The notes: generated by a model from the sequence alone, not told the origin. Positions 1 through 9,946 are shown, numbered from the stretch's first letter. The stretch is 55,564 nucleotides of DNA from Armatimonadota bacterium (GCA_038215455.1 JBBQQW010000001.1:1-55564), one strand, 5' to 3'. Made by a program: numbers and translations.

Positions 1-365
1 TGCAGGCTATCATACCAGATGGTGAAGGCCGCCTGGTCTACATTCTCCGGTGTTGCTTGCCGTGTCACCTCGGTGACCCACTGTGCATGTAACTCACGAT
101 CATCCATGAAGCGCTCCTGCAGGTGCATGCGCGTGCGCGGATTGCGCAGATCCCACTCTTCCATCACGTCCACCACATGCCAGTAAACGCGTACATTTAT
201 GGCCGGGGTGGGGTGGTTTGCCGGTGAAATTGTCGTGCGCCAGCGCTCCACCGTTTTGGTGAAGATATATCGATACAACGCCTCATAATCATCGACGAAT
301 ACATCCAGGTGCTTGAAATTTGTGAAGAGGTTACTCCCATTCACGAAGGTCATAAATCTGTTCAT
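1..365 (-). CDS. hypothetical protein, C-terminally truncated by the window edge (possible NYN/LabA-like N-terminus)
   Basis: Absent from the ORF track because it runs off the window. My translation of the reverse strand from ATG 365-363 (GGGAGG just upstream) gives MNRFMTFVNGSNLFTNFKHLDVFVDDYEALYRYIFTKTVERW..., open to position 1. FVNGSNLF weakly resembles the FIDGxNL opening of NYN/LabA domains. Confidence 0.5.
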   Translation of the reverse strand, partial: MNRFMTFVNGSNLFTNFKHLDVFVDDYEALYRYIFTKTVERWRTTISPANHPTPAINVRVYWHVVDVMEEWDLRNPRTRMHLQERFMDDRELHAQWVTEVTRQATPENVDQAAFTIWYDSL

Positions 366-436
366 ATATCCTCCCTTTTTCGTCTTCTTTTCCGGTGCGC
401 TATCCGGCATCATATGATGCCGGATGCCTTGCGTAT

Positions 437-1933
437 CTATTTCGTTCTTATTTCGATAGTCGAATTGACCAGTTCGGTAGGTTCGCCACCATCCGATGCT
501 TTGATCTCGCCTAACTCCACGCGGCCACCGGTGACATTTTTACCCCAGAAGGCCAGAAAGTCGCAGCGCAGCTCTCCCGAGCGGTACTTCTCTTCGTTGC
601 CGGCATAGTTCCCGCCCGTCATGATGCGATTATCGGAGACCAGTAGGCTCCAGTCCTCGGGTACCGGGTACTCCGGCCAGTTGATGGTGAGGTCGCGCAT
701 GACCAGATTGTTGACGTTCTTCGCCACGATAGCAGCACGTGCTCCGCGGGCATCCTCGTGGTCGCCCGGGATAAATCCGGTACTGCTTGGCCCCTTCGCC
801 GGTTGTGGGTCATCGCAGAGCACATAGCGCAGGCGCAGGTTGTCGATTAACACACCACTGATCTCCGCACCCTCACTAGCAACGATGGTGACGCGTCCGT
901 CAGTGACAATATCGACGTCGCGGATGGTGATATCGCGGATGACGCCGATTTTCACGATAGGTTTATCAATACCATAGTCCGGGTGCTCCGGGATCAGCGA
1001 ACCCTTGAATATATTAGCCATAGGAGAATTGATGATCTCGATTGGTCTATTAATTGCCCAGCCAGAGTTGGTGGTTCCCACGATATTGCTGATAGTTACA
1101 TGCTCAATGCTGCACCCATCGACAGCACGCAAATCAATGACTCGGCTGCAGGAGGGTACCACACAATTGGTGACAGTGATCCAGCGGAAATCCTGCCGGG
1201 ATTCATATCCCATCCGCACCGCCACGCAACTGGTTTTCAATATGCAATTGGTAACGGTAATATGCTCGCAACTGCGCGTGTATTCTGATGTTTTCAGGGC
1301 GATGGCGTCATCGCCGGTGCTGATGTCACAGTCGCTGATAGTGACAAAGTGGCAACCGCTCAGGTCGATACCGTCAGTATTTGGCCCAAAGAGGGTGTTG
1401 CGGATGATCACGGCATGGATATTCGCGTGGTCGCAATCATGCAGGTGCAGCGTCCAGCCAGCGCTATCACGCATAGTGACGTTCTCGATACGGGTATACT
1501 TGCAGCGGTGCAGGTGCACCATCGGGCTGACGCGGGGCAACTTCTCATGGTAGAAAGACCACTCGTTAGCTCGATCCTGCTGCCAATACACAAACCCATT
1601 ACCGTTGATTTCTCCCTCGCCGGTAATGACGATGTTCTCTGCATCTTCCGCGAGGATCAGATGGTGCGGGGTGATATCGCAGTGGTGCCCCCAGGTATGG
1701 GTGATATAATCCTCAATGTTAGGGGAGCCAAACAGTTTTGACCCTTGTTTCAGATCCAGTGTCACGTTACTCTTCAACACAATTGTGCCGGAAAGATAGC
1801 TGCCCGGGGGGATAATTACCCGGCCACCCTTTTCAGTTGCCGCGTCAATTGCTGCCTGTATTGCAGCAGTGTCCAGTGTGATGCCATCACCGATCGCACC
1901 GTAGTCACACACATTGAAATCGAACTTCATCAC
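437..1933 (-). CDS. glycoside hydrolase family 28-like right-handed beta-helix protein (polygalacturonase-like)
   Basis: 498-aa ORF. The opening DYGAIGDGITLDTAAIQAAIDAA..GGRVIIPPGSYLSGTIVLKSNVTL is typical of the pectin-lyase fold. NTDGIDL and GDDAIALK catalytic-type motifs follow in successive beta-helix rungs. Confidence 0.8.
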   Translation of the reverse strand: MMKFDFNVCDYGAIGDGITLDTAAIQAAIDAATEKGGRVIIPPGSYLSGTIVLKSNVTLDLKQGSKLFGSPNIEDYITHTWGHHCDITPHHLILAEDAENIVITGEGEINGNGFVYWQQDRANEWSFYHEKLPRVSPMVHLHRCKYTRIENVTMRDSAGWTLHLHDCDHANIHAVIIRNTLFGPNTDGIDLSGCHFVTISDCDISTGDDAIALKTSEYTRSCEHITVTNCILKTSCVAVRMGYESRQDFRWITVTNCVVPSCSRVIDLRAVDGCSIEHVTISNIVGTTNSGWAINRPIEIINSPMANIFKGSLIPEHPDYGIDKPIVKIGVIRDITIRDVDIVTDGRVTIVASEGAEISGVLIDNLRLRYVLCDDPQPAKGPSSTGFIPGDHEDARGARAAIVAKNVNNLVMRDLTINWPEYPVPEDWSLLVSDNRIMTGGNYAGNEEKYRSGELRCDFLAFWGKNVTGGRVELGEIKASDGGEPTELVNSTIEIRTK

Positions 1934-1963
1934 TTACCTCTTGTCTTTTATGGATAACTATTT

Positions 1964-2950
1964 TCAGATTGGAGTATTATGATCGACCTTATGAGCAGTT
2001 TTATCAGCAATATGGAAGACGCCCGTGGTGGTAATAACTGAACTATTGAGTGTAACCGGCACATCCAGCCGGGCACCAGGCCAAACTACCGAATTGTGTA
2101 GTACGCAGCCAGGTGCAATGTGCGCGTGGCTGCCGATAATAGAATGATCTAGCTCTACACCTACTACACAGGCATTCTCAGCAACCAGACTGTTTCCTTG
2201 CCGTTGACCCAAACCTACAACTTTTACACTACCCAGCAGGTAGTCGAGATTAGCCTGCATATACTCGCTGGGATTGCCGATATCCGTCCAATATCCGGTG
2301 GCGGGGAACGCGAAAAATGGTAGTTTTCTGCGGAGTATCTCCGGGAAGACATCAAGGGCGAAATCAAAATGCTTGTCTGCAGGTATTAGATCAAATACCT
2401 GTGGGTCGAAGATATATATGCCGGTGTTGGCGTTATTGCTGATCTCGCTGCCGTGCTTGGGTTTCTCCTGGAAATGTTGAATGCAGCCTTCATCGTCTGC
2501 AGCTACCACGCCGTATTGCGAAGGGTCATCCACCAGATATGTCGCGATGGTAGCAAAGGCACCCCGTTTGCGATGTGCATCGAGCATTGGTGTCAGGTCA
2601 ATATCCAGCATGGCATCACCAGCTATGACGACCACAATATCATCATTAAGTTGAGGTTCGACCTTCTTCATCCCACCAGCGGTTCCTGTCAAATCCTTTT
2701 CATATGCCCAGGTGATATACGGGAAGTCAGCAAAAGCCTCTTGTATCTGTTCTGCCCGATAATGTACGTTAATGCAGATCTCGTTGATGCCTATGTTGTG
2801 TAGACTCTGTATTCCATATGTCATAACTGGCACATTAGCGACCGGTAATAATGGTTTTGGTAGCGCAGCAGTAAGGTGGCCCAGCCTTGTTCCACGTCCC
2901 GCCGCTAATATCATTCCTTTAGGCACTTCATATCTCCTTGTTGCTATCAT
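1964..2950 (-). CDS. sugar-1-phosphate nucleotidyltransferase (NDP-sugar pyrophosphorylase) with C-terminal left-handed beta-helix
   Basis: The GMILAAGRGTRLGHLTAALPKPLLPV signature matches NTP_transferase. The C-terminus has hexapeptide-like repeats. The true start is probably GTG at 2926, which has AAGGAGA 6 nt upstream, rather than the track ATG at 2950. Confidence 0.8.
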   Translation of the reverse strand: MIATRRYEVPKGMILAAGRGTRLGHLTAALPKPLLPVANVPVMTYGIQSLHNIGINEICINVHYRAEQIQEAFADFPYITWAYEKDLTGTAGGMKKVEPQLNDDIVVVIAGDAMLDIDLTPMLDAHRKRGAFATIATYLVDDPSQYGVVAADDEGCIQHFQEKPKHGSEISNNANTGIYIFDPQVFDLIPADKHFDFALDVFPEILRRKLPFFAFPATGYWTDIGNPSEYMQANLDYLLGSVKVVGLGQRQGNSLVAENACVVGVELDHSIIGSHAHIAPGCVLHNSVVWPGARLDVPVTLNSSVITTTGVFHIADKTAHKVDHNTPI

Positions 2951-2999
2951 TCGTAGAATATTCAGCTAATTATAGCAGTCCTGTCGAATCACATCGTAA

Positions 3000-4136
3000 T
3001 TAATGGAATAAATGTGGTACAAAGCGACTGGTATTTTTGGTAATAGTTGTGGTATCTTCGCGGATACCTAATCCACAGGAGTTATCCCCGGCCATCCAGC
3101 ACCCGCAGACCGGGTAATTGCCATTATACTCCGGCAACGAATGGAACTCCTGATATATCACCGGTGATTCCGCATAATCGCCTTCGGTTTCCAGTATAAC
3201 CTGTCCGTTCTGCACAATGCTGATATTTGCCCCTTCCCGGGCTAGTATCGGCTTGCGCACGAAAGTGTTGCCGAAAGGCTCGAACTCGGTACGCAGCAGG
3301 TTGGGGTGGTTCGGATTCAGCTTCCACAGCACCGGCAGTATCGCTTTGTTACTCAGCAGCATCTTCCAGATTGGCTCTACCCATTGCACGGTTTCGTGAC
3401 GGATATTCTCGGCGAACTCCTCATGCACCATCCATTCCCACGGGTAGAGCTTGAACATGCGGTGGATGACATGCTCTTCCAGATCAACGAATTGCAGCTT
3501 GCGGTCATCCCAGCCCACGTGCTGCATGGCGAGGTAGTCGGTATTGAACCCCGCCTGCTGCGCCAGGTCGCGCAGATAGTTTGTGGTGATAAAATCCTCT
3601 TCATAGCCTTCATCGGAGGCGAAGTAGAGGATATCGTTGGGGCCTGGTTGGTAGATTGCACGTAGCTGCTCCCAGCGATTCAGCAGTTGCTCGTGGATGC
3701 TGTTGAACTGGTCCGCTTCCGTGTCAAAGTCCTGCAGCCAGCTCCACTGGATAACCGCCGCTTCCAGCAGTGCTGTGGGAGTGTCGGCATTATACTCTAG
3801 CAATTTTGGCGGCGTAATGCCGTCGTATGCCAGATCAAACCTGCCATACAGATGTGGCTCACGTTTTGCCCAGCTTTGCTTAATCATCGGGATAAAGGCA
3901 TCGGGGATGCAGAAGGGCGCGAAAGCATTCTGCGTTACCACATAATCCACTGCTTGCAGGCAGAGGCGGTGCAGCTCCACCACGGCATCGTCGAGGGTAT
4001 CAATTTCAGCGGCGGAGAACTCATAATGGGCGGACTCATCCCAGTAGGTTTCACCTTCGATAGTATGAAATGTCAGACCGTAGTCCTCGACGCGCTGTTG
4101 CCAGTCGGCACGAGTGTTGTGTGTTATTCTTTGCAT
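3000..4136 (-). CDS. glutathionylspermidine synthase-like ATP-grasp protein (YgiC/YjfC family)
   Basis: MQRITHNTRADWQQRVEDYGLTFHT..GETYWDESAHYEF..EIDTLDDAV.EL..LCL matches the GspS pre-ATP-grasp plus ATP-grasp family. I trimmed the start to ATG 4136. The track extension to 4241 overlaps the upstream lipoprotein gene and is Ala/Gly/Pro junk. Confidence 0.8.
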   Translation of the reverse strand: MQRITHNTRADWQQRVEDYGLTFHTIEGETYWDESAHYEFSAAEIDTLDDAVVELHRLCLQAVDYVVTQNAFAPFCIPDAFIPMIKQSWAKREPHLYGRFDLAYDGITPPKLLEYNADTPTALLEAAVIQWSWLQDFDTEADQFNSIHEQLLNRWEQLRAIYQPGPNDILYFASDEGYEEDFITTNYLRDLAQQAGFNTDYLAMQHVGWDDRKLQFVDLEEHVIHRMFKLYPWEWMVHEEFAENIRHETVQWVEPIWKMLLSNKAILPVLWKLNPNHPNLLRTEFEPFGNTFVRKPILAREGANISIVQNGQVILETEGDYAESPVIYQEFHSLPEYNGNYPVCGCWMAGDNSCGLGIREDTTTITKNTSRFVPHLFH

Positions 4137-4137
4137 A

Positions 4138-4479
4138 TTATGACCCCGAACTTCCGCCGTGTGACCCAAAGCCACCCCGGCCAACCCCGGATGAGCTGCT
4201 GCTGCCGGAACGCCCACTACTGGAGCCGGCGCGCGAGCCACCCCCGAGGAAATTGCTCAGCATACCGGTGTTTCCCCGGCCCGCTGATAGCCCACCGCCG
4301 CCGTGGATACCCCGGTAATAATAACTACTGGCATAGGAGCGATAATATGGCGTGGAATTGGTCGCCGATGCTCCGTAATATTTTTCCTGCGTAGTGCGTT
4401 GCCGGCAACCGGATACGCCCGCCAGGATGACGGCGCTGGTTAAAAGCACCAGGGTTATATTTTTTGATTTTCTCTTCAT
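4138..4479 (-). CDS. small Gly/Ser-rich lipoprotein, DUF1190 (YgiB/YjfM)-like
   Basis: Signal peptide with lipobox LAGVSGC, followed by a low-complexity Gly/Ser/Tyr tail ending in an RGGFG motif as in E. coli YgiB. The stop (4138-4140) lies 1 nt from the start of the GspS-like gene. Confidence 0.6.
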   Translation of the reverse strand: MKRKSKNITLVLLTSAVILAGVSGCRQRTTQEKYYGASATNSTPYYRSYASSYYYRGIHGGGGLSAGRGNTGMLSNFLGGGSRAGSSSGRSGSSSSSGVGRGGFGSHGGSSGS

Positions 4480-4538
4480 AGCTATTACCTCAAGGGCAGA
4501 TGACTAACCGTTTTTTTATTGTTCGCCGATACTGGTAA

Positions 4539-6914
4539 TTATCCTGCAGAATTATATTCGTCTTCGACAAATGGATCAGATAATTCGTCCTCGTCATCCA
4601 TCGATGCTGCGGCCGTAGCTGGGCGCCCCACCACTGACGATGCCGGGGCGAAGATCACCTCGCGTGGTTTACTGCCGTTGGCGGGGCCGATGTACCCCTT
4701 CTCCTCAAATCCTTCCATCAGGCGTGCGGCGCGGGTGTAGCCGATACGGAATTTTCGCTGCAGCATCGAGGTGGAGGCATACCGGGTGGTGCGGATGAAC
4801 TCCAGTGCGCGTTCTGCCAGTACATCTTCCGGCTCATTGTTCATCCCCATGTCGTCGCCGTTTCCGCTCTCACGCAGGGCATCTTCCTCGATTGCGACGA
4901 TCTCATCGGTGAAGTGCGGTTTACCCTGCTCCTTCACGTGGGCGACGATCCGGTTGATCTCCGCCTCCGAGACATACGCCCCCTGGATGCGCGTCGGCTT
5001 GTTGGCATCTACCGGCATATAGAGCATGTCACCCTGGCCCACCAGCCGTTCCGCACCATTCATATCCAGGATGGTGCGTGAGTCGACCTGCGAAGCGACG
5101 GAGAAAGCGATGCGCGAGGGAATATTCGCCTTGATAGTACCGGTGATGACGTTCACCGACGGGCGCTGCGTGGCCACCACCAGATGAATCCCGGTGGCGC
5201 GCGCCAGTTGCGCGATACGGCAGATACTGGATTCAAACTCTGCGGCGGCCTGCATCATAAGGTCGGCCAGCTCGTCTATGATGATGAGGATATAGGGCAG
5301 CTCCTCCATCAGTTCCATTTTTGCCAGGTCGTTGAAGCCGACGATATTGCGTACACCCTTTTCCGCGAACAGTTCATAGCGCTGCTCCATCTCGCGGATA
5401 GCCCAGCGCAGCAGACCTGCCGCATGTTTGGCATCGTACGCTACCGGGGCGATCAGGTGGGGGATCGACTGGAAGAGGCTCAGCTCCACGCGTTTCGGGT
5501 CTACCAGCAGGAATTTCACCTGCTTGGGGGTAGCACGCATCAGTATGCTACAGATGAGTGTGTTGATACAGACTGATTTCCCTGAATTAGTAGCACCGGC
5601 GATGAGCAGATGCGGCATACGCGTCAGATCGGCGCAGCGCGGGTGCCCGGCGATATCGCGGCCCAGCGCGAATGTCAGTGGGGATTTGTTCTTCTGGAAG
5701 GAATCAGAATCCACGATCTCGCGCAGGTCTACCATGATCAATTCTTTGTTCGGCACCTCAATGCCCACCACGCCCTTGCCGGGCACGGGGGCCTCAATAC
5801 GCACATCCAACGCCTCCAGCGAGAGAGCGATGTTATCAGCGAGGTTGGTGATACGGTTGATACGGATGCCCATCGGCGGCACAACTTCAAAGCGGGTGAC
5901 GCGTGGCCCGTGCTCTACCGCCACTACTTTGGCATTAATGCCGAAACTGGCCAGCGTATCTTCCAGTGCCTTGATACGTCCCTCGGTATTCTCTTTCGGG
6001 GCATTCAGCTTTTTCGGCGTTTGTGTCAGCAACTCCAGCGGTGGGAGCTGGTACGGGCGCTGGTTATTAGGGTGTTTGACAGCTTCATCAGCGAATTTCA
6101 GTTGATCTACTTTTTCTGACGGCACGCCTGTGACACGTAGGGCCGGTTCAGGCTCCTCCTCTTCATCAATTACGCCTGGTGGGATCACCGGCACCGTGGG
6201 ATAGACCGGGATCGGCGCTGCCGGGACAAAAGGATCAGCTATCGGTTCTGTTACCCGCAATGGTTTGTTGCGATTCTGGCGTTCTTCTTCCTTCAGCTCT
6301 GCCACACGCTTTTTCTTCTCCACTTCCTCGGGCGTCACTTCCCGGTGAGTGGCGGCTATTATTATCAATACTCCCTGGTAGATGAGCTTGAAGGGGTAGG
6401 CGATGACCTGCCAGAGGGGGATATCTGTCAATAACGTGACGCCAACCAGTGCCACGGCGACCAGTGGAATCCATTCAAGCGGACTGATGAGATAACTGAG
6501 TGCCTGCCCGATGATATAACCCAGAAATCCGCCCGCTAACTCCTGCATCGACGCATTCACACCACCGTCAAGTAGCAGATGCAACAGGCTAATGCTTGAT
6601 ACAAAAAGGATACATAGCCCGATTCCCGCACGGGTGAGACGCATAGGCTTCAGATGTATCAGGCTGAATACCCCGAAGGCGATTAACGCCAGAGCGATAA
6701 TCCACGCGCCATAAACCCCGAAGAGCCAACTGGTAGCAAAATGTAACGCTCTGGTAAGCGGCGGTTCACTCCACCAGTAGGAGAGTAACAAGATGATGCC
6801 GACGGTGATAAACGCCAATCCGAGTATCTCAAAGTGGATCGGCTTGCCATCATTATTAGAGTCATCCTGCGATTTTGTTCCCCGTCCTTTACGGCGGGTC
6901 TCTGAAGTGCTCAT
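4539..6914 (-). CDS. ftsK: DNA translocase FtsK/SpoIIIE
   Basis: N-terminal TM helices and a Pro-rich linker. Motor domain with Walker A LLIAGATNSGKSV and Walker B IIIDELADLMM. Gamma wHTH RYASTSMLQRKFRIGYTRAARLMEGFEEKGYIGP. Start set at ATG 6914 (MSTSETRRKG, GGAGA upstream) rather than the track start at 6959. Confidence 0.95.
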   Translation of the reverse strand: MSTSETRRKGRGTKSQDDSNNDGKPIHFEILGLAFITVGIILLLSYWWSEPPLTRALHFATSWLFGVYGAWIIALALIAFGVFSLIHLKPMRLTRAGIGLCILFVSSISLLHLLLDGGVNASMQELAGGFLGYIIGQALSYLISPLEWIPLVAVALVGVTLLTDIPLWQVIAYPFKLIYQGVLIIIAATHREVTPEEVEKKKRVAELKEEERQNRNKPLRVTEPIADPFVPAAPIPVYPTVPVIPPGVIDEEEEPEPALRVTGVPSEKVDQLKFADEAVKHPNNQRPYQLPPLELLTQTPKKLNAPKENTEGRIKALEDTLASFGINAKVVAVEHGPRVTRFEVVPPMGIRINRITNLADNIALSLEALDVRIEAPVPGKGVVGIEVPNKELIMVDLREIVDSDSFQKNKSPLTFALGRDIAGHPRCADLTRMPHLLIAGATNSGKSVCINTLICSILMRATPKQVKFLLVDPKRVELSLFQSIPHLIAPVAYDAKHAAGLLRWAIREMEQRYELFAEKGVRNIVGFNDLAKMELMEELPYILIIIDELADLMMQAAAEFESSICRIAQLARATGIHLVVATQRPSVNVITGTIKANIPSRIAFSVASQVDSRTILDMNGAERLVGQGDMLYMPVDANKPTRIQGAYVSEAEINRIVAHVKEQGKPHFTDEIVAIEEDALRESGNGDDMGMNNEPEDVLAERALEFIRTTRYASTSMLQRKFRIGYTRAARLMEGFEEKGYIGPANGSKPREVIFAPASSVVGRPATAAASMDDEDELSDPFVEDEYNSAG

Positions 6915-7116
6915 CTGTTCTCCGAAAATTCTGCAAATATGAGTTGCGCCTGAGTTCATTGCTATGTTAGCACGCTCTTATAGGTCATGCAATGGAAAAA
7001 TAACCAGAATATGCTGGATATTATACCACGAGTTACTTGTCAAGAAGAATGGCTTATGTTAAGGTTAAAATTATTGGGTAAGAATTGCACATTTTTTTTC
7101 AATTCAGGAGTACATT

Positions 7117-7557
7117 GTGGAACGAATATTTGTCATAAATGGCCCGAATCTTAACCTCCTTGGAAGCAGGGAGCCGGATATCTACGGCTCGCATACGCTG
7201 GAGGAGATTAATCTCGACGTGATCGCCCTCGGTGAGAAGCTGGGCTGCGAGGTAGAGTGCTACCAGTCGAACAGTGAAGGTGACATCGTCAGCGCCATCC
7301 AGGAGTGCGATGCTGATTTTCTCATCATCAATGCCGGTGCCTATACCCACACCAGTGTGGCGATCCCCGATGCGATTTCCGCGGTGAAAATTCCCGCGAT
7401 CGAAGTGCATCTTAGCAATGTGCATAAGCGCGAGGAGTTCCGGCACCATAGCTTCCTCAGTCGGGTATGCGTTGGGATCATCTGCGGGTTTGGCCCGGCT
7501 AGCTACCAGCTGGCACTGCGCGCTGCAGCGGAGCATCTGCGTATCATGAGAGGGTAA
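7117..7557 (+). CDS. aroQ: type II 3-dehydroquinate dehydratase
   Basis: [21 protein letters not shown]...[15 protein letters not shown]....[16 protein letters not shown] is the canonical AroQ signature. GTG start with AGGAG upstream. Confidence 0.95.
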   Translation: MERIFVINGPNLNLLGSREPDIYGSHTLEEINLDVIALGEKLGCEVECYQSNSEGDIVSAIQECDADFLIINAGAYTHTSVAIPDAISAVKIPAIEVHLSNVHKREEFRHHSFLSRVCVGIICGFGPASYQLALRAAAEHLRIMRG

Positions 7558-7559
7558 CG

Positions 7560-8663
7560 ATGAACTTTGACCGTCAATTACGGGTGAACAAATTACGCGC
7601 ACTATTGCAGGCGAAGGACATCCCCGCGCTCATCGTGACTAATCGGGAGAATGTTTTCTACCTGTCTGGCTTCAGCGGTAGCGCGGGCGCACTCATCATC
7701 ACCGATAATGAGATGCTGCTGGTGACGGATTGCCGCTATTATCTACAGGTGGCCGATGAAGCGCCCGCATGTGAGCTGGTATGCGTGGAGAAGGAACAGC
7801 CGACCGAGGAACAGGCAATTCGCAACGCCCTGCATAGTATCGGGGTAGCAAGTGCGGCCTTCGAGGCTGCTAATGTAAGCTACCAGCAATATCTCGCGCT
7901 CCAGGGTGATGGCAATGCCAATAAGTTTACTTTGCAGCCAGCGCAGGGGCTAGTAGAGCAGTTACGCCTGATCAAAGATGAAGGCGAGGCGGAGCTTATG
8001 CGCGTGGCGGCCCGGATTACTGACGGTGCCTTCATACATCTACTCTCATACGTGAGCATAGGCGTTACCGAACGCGAATTGGCACTGGAGGCGGAGTGGT
8101 ACATGCGCCGCCACGGTGCCGAGGATGTCGCCTTCGCCTCCATTGTCGCCGCCGGCCCGCGCAGCGCACTGCCCCATGCCACCCCCGGAGATCGTCCGTT
8201 GCAGGTGGGTGACCTGGTAGTGGTAGATATGGGCGCAAGCCACCAGCACTACTGCGCAGATATGACGCGCACATTTGCCGTAGCGGAGTCGCGGCCCCAG
8301 GCAGCACGAATTTATGCCGTATGTGCGCAGGCGCAGCAAGCTGTTGAGAATTTTTTGCACTCTGGCATGACTGGAATCGCCGCAGATAAGATTGCACGTG
8401 ATATAATAGAGAAAGCTGGATACGGAGAATTCTTTGGCCATGGCACCGGGCACGGGGTGGGGCTGGAAGTGCATGAAGCACCCCGGCTGAGCACACGCGG
8501 TGAAAACGCCTTGCCTGCGGGGGCGATGGTGACGGTGGAACCAGGGATATACCTGCCCGGGGTGGGGGGGGTCCGTATCGAAGACCTGGTGATGATAAAG
8601 GAAACCGGGGTAGAGGTGCTGACGCACGCCCCCAAACTCATGGAATTGCCGATTTTTGGATAA
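7560..8663 (+). CDS. M24B family Xaa-Pro aminopeptidase/dipeptidase
   Basis: Creatinase-like N-domain followed by a pita-bread domain with metal ligands in VVVDMGA..YCADMTRT and HGTGHGVGLEVHE...VEPGIY...GGVRIED. Starts 3 nt after the aroQ stop. Confidence 0.85.
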   Translation: MNFDRQLRVNKLRALLQAKDIPALIVTNRENVFYLSGFSGSAGALIITDNEMLLVTDCRYYLQVADEAPACELVCVEKEQPTEEQAIRNALHSIGVASAAFEAANVSYQQYLALQGDGNANKFTLQPAQGLVEQLRLIKDEGEAELMRVAARITDGAFIHLLSYVSIGVTERELALEAEWYMRRHGAEDVAFASIVAAGPRSALPHATPGDRPLQVGDLVVVDMGASHQHYCADMTRTFAVAESRPQAARIYAVCAQAQQAVENFLHSGMTGIAADKIARDIIEKAGYGEFFGHGTGHGVGLEVHEAPRLSTRGENALPAGAMVTVEPGIYLPGVGGVRIEDLVMIKETGVEVLTHAPKLMELPIFG

Positions 8664-8691
8664 TGTTATAATATAGGTATGGGGGCAAGTA

Positions 8692-9099
8692 ATGAGCGCA
8701 AAGATACTGGTAATAGATGACGAGAAAGATATCCGCCAACTAGTAGCGGTAATGTTGGAATCGGCAGGATATGCCGTAACGCAGGCGGCGAATGGACTTA
8801 ATGGCTTGGCGCAGCTACAGGATGCAAAATTTGACCTTATCATTACTGACGTGATGATGCCGGGTATGGATGGCTGGGAAGTGTGCCGGCAAGTTAAGGC
8901 AATGCCTAAAATGCGGAACGCGGCGGTAATTTTCCTGACAGTGCGCAATCAGCCGATGGATAAGATTATGGGCATGGAAGTTACCCAGGCAGATGGGTAT
9001 TTAACCAAGCCTTTTGACCAGCAGGAATTACTGGACGTGGTAACCGAGTCTCTTGCTGCACATAAGTATTGTGCAGATGAACACAGTAGTACCGAATGA
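8692..9099 (+). CDS. stand-alone response-regulator receiver protein (CheY-like)
   Basis: KILVIDDEKDIR...DLIITDVMMPGMDGWEV...YLTKPF gives the acidic pocket, phospho-acceptor Asp and conserved Lys. There is no output domain. Confidence 0.85.
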   Translation: MSAKILVIDDEKDIRQLVAVMLESAGYAVTQAANGLNGLAQLQDAKFDLIITDVMMPGMDGWEVCRQVKAMPKMRNAAVIFLTVRNQPMDKIMGMEVTQADGYLTKPFDQQELLDVVTESLAAHKYCADEHSSTE

Positions 9100-9206
9100 G
9101 TTTGTAACAATAATCATACATAGCGATAGCCATTTACACGGTAACATTATTATCTCATGTTGTTGGGAAAAGAATTATCGTTTATTGTTCCTTTGGGAGG
9201 AGCATT

Positions 9207-9902
9207 GTGCCAGATGTAATTACTGATGTGCCACTGCTCGCGTTGACTGAGGTGTTATTCCCCGGCACGTATCTATCGTTACGCCTGGAGAACCCGGCGC
9301 AGCGTAGCCTTATTCGTGCCTGCAACGATAACGGGCGTCAAGTAGGCGTCGTTATGACTTACGATAAAACTGACTACGGCAAACATGCTATCCCCAGCAC
9401 CACTGGATGCCTGGCGAGTATCGCCATGCTGATCCATGATGGTGATGAAGAAGCACCTACTACAGCAATCCTCTACGGTGAACGCCGTATTCGCGTGCTC
9501 AGCCTGATCCAGCAGTATCCATTTTTAACCGGTAGTGTCGGACTGATTGATGAGACACCCGGCAGTAGCGTGGGGAGGAGGCTGGTGGATGCCAGTGAAC
9601 AATTTGCCGAGTATAAAAAAATTGTCAGTCGTTGTGCTGATATAGATGTGTCAGTTTCCAACCTGCCCGAGGATGCTGTCATTGCATCATATTTACTTGC
9701 CTCCATCCTGCCGGTAGCACTGAATATCAAGCAACGCTGGCTGGAAGCGCAGAATTGTGCACTCAGATTAGCGGAAGAGACGGCATATATGCGCGTTGAG
9801 TGTGAGTTGCAGAATATCTTCCATATTCTGGCACAATCGCAACGCCATCGCTATACCCGGATCAGCCCGCAGTCGTTCGATCATCTGCTCTCGGAAAATT
9901 AA
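9207..9902 (+). CDS. Lon protease N-terminal (LON substrate-binding) domain-only protein
   Basis: PLLALTEVLFPGTYLSLRLENPAQRSLI is the typical opening of the Lon N / PUA-like domain (COG2802-type). There is no AAA+ or protease part. GTG start. Confidence 0.7.
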   Translation: MPDVITDVPLLALTEVLFPGTYLSLRLENPAQRSLIRACNDNGRQVGVVMTYDKTDYGKHAIPSTTGCLASIAMLIHDGDEEAPTTAILYGERRIRVLSLIQQYPFLTGSVGLIDETPGSSVGRRLVDASEQFAEYKKIVSRCADIDVSVSNLPEDAVIASYLLASILPVALNIKQRWLEAQNCALRLAEETAYMRVECELQNIFHILAQSQRHRYTRISPQSFDHLLSEN

Positions 9903-9946
9903 CTGGTGCTTGCGGATAGCAGACTTATTCCTCTATTCCTCATTTA

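Noticed and set aside
309-608. 99-aa plus-strand ORF bridging the first two minus-strand genes
   Set aside because: It overlaps the start of the 1-365 gene and the 3' end of the GH28-like gene on the opposite strand. It has no RBS or recognisable motif.
4137-4241. N-terminal 35-aa extension of the GspS-like ORF (MARAPAPVVGVPAAAAHPG...)
   Set aside because: It overlaps the 3' end of the lipoprotein gene and is low-complexity Ala/Pro/Gly. Homologues start at the MQRITH-type Met, so the start was moved to 4136.
7099-8948. Minus-strand ORFs 7099-7602 and 8046-8948 overlapping aroQ, the M24 peptidase and the response regulator
   Set aside because: The plus-strand genes carry canonical family motifs. 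The minus-strand ORFs are frame artefacts.
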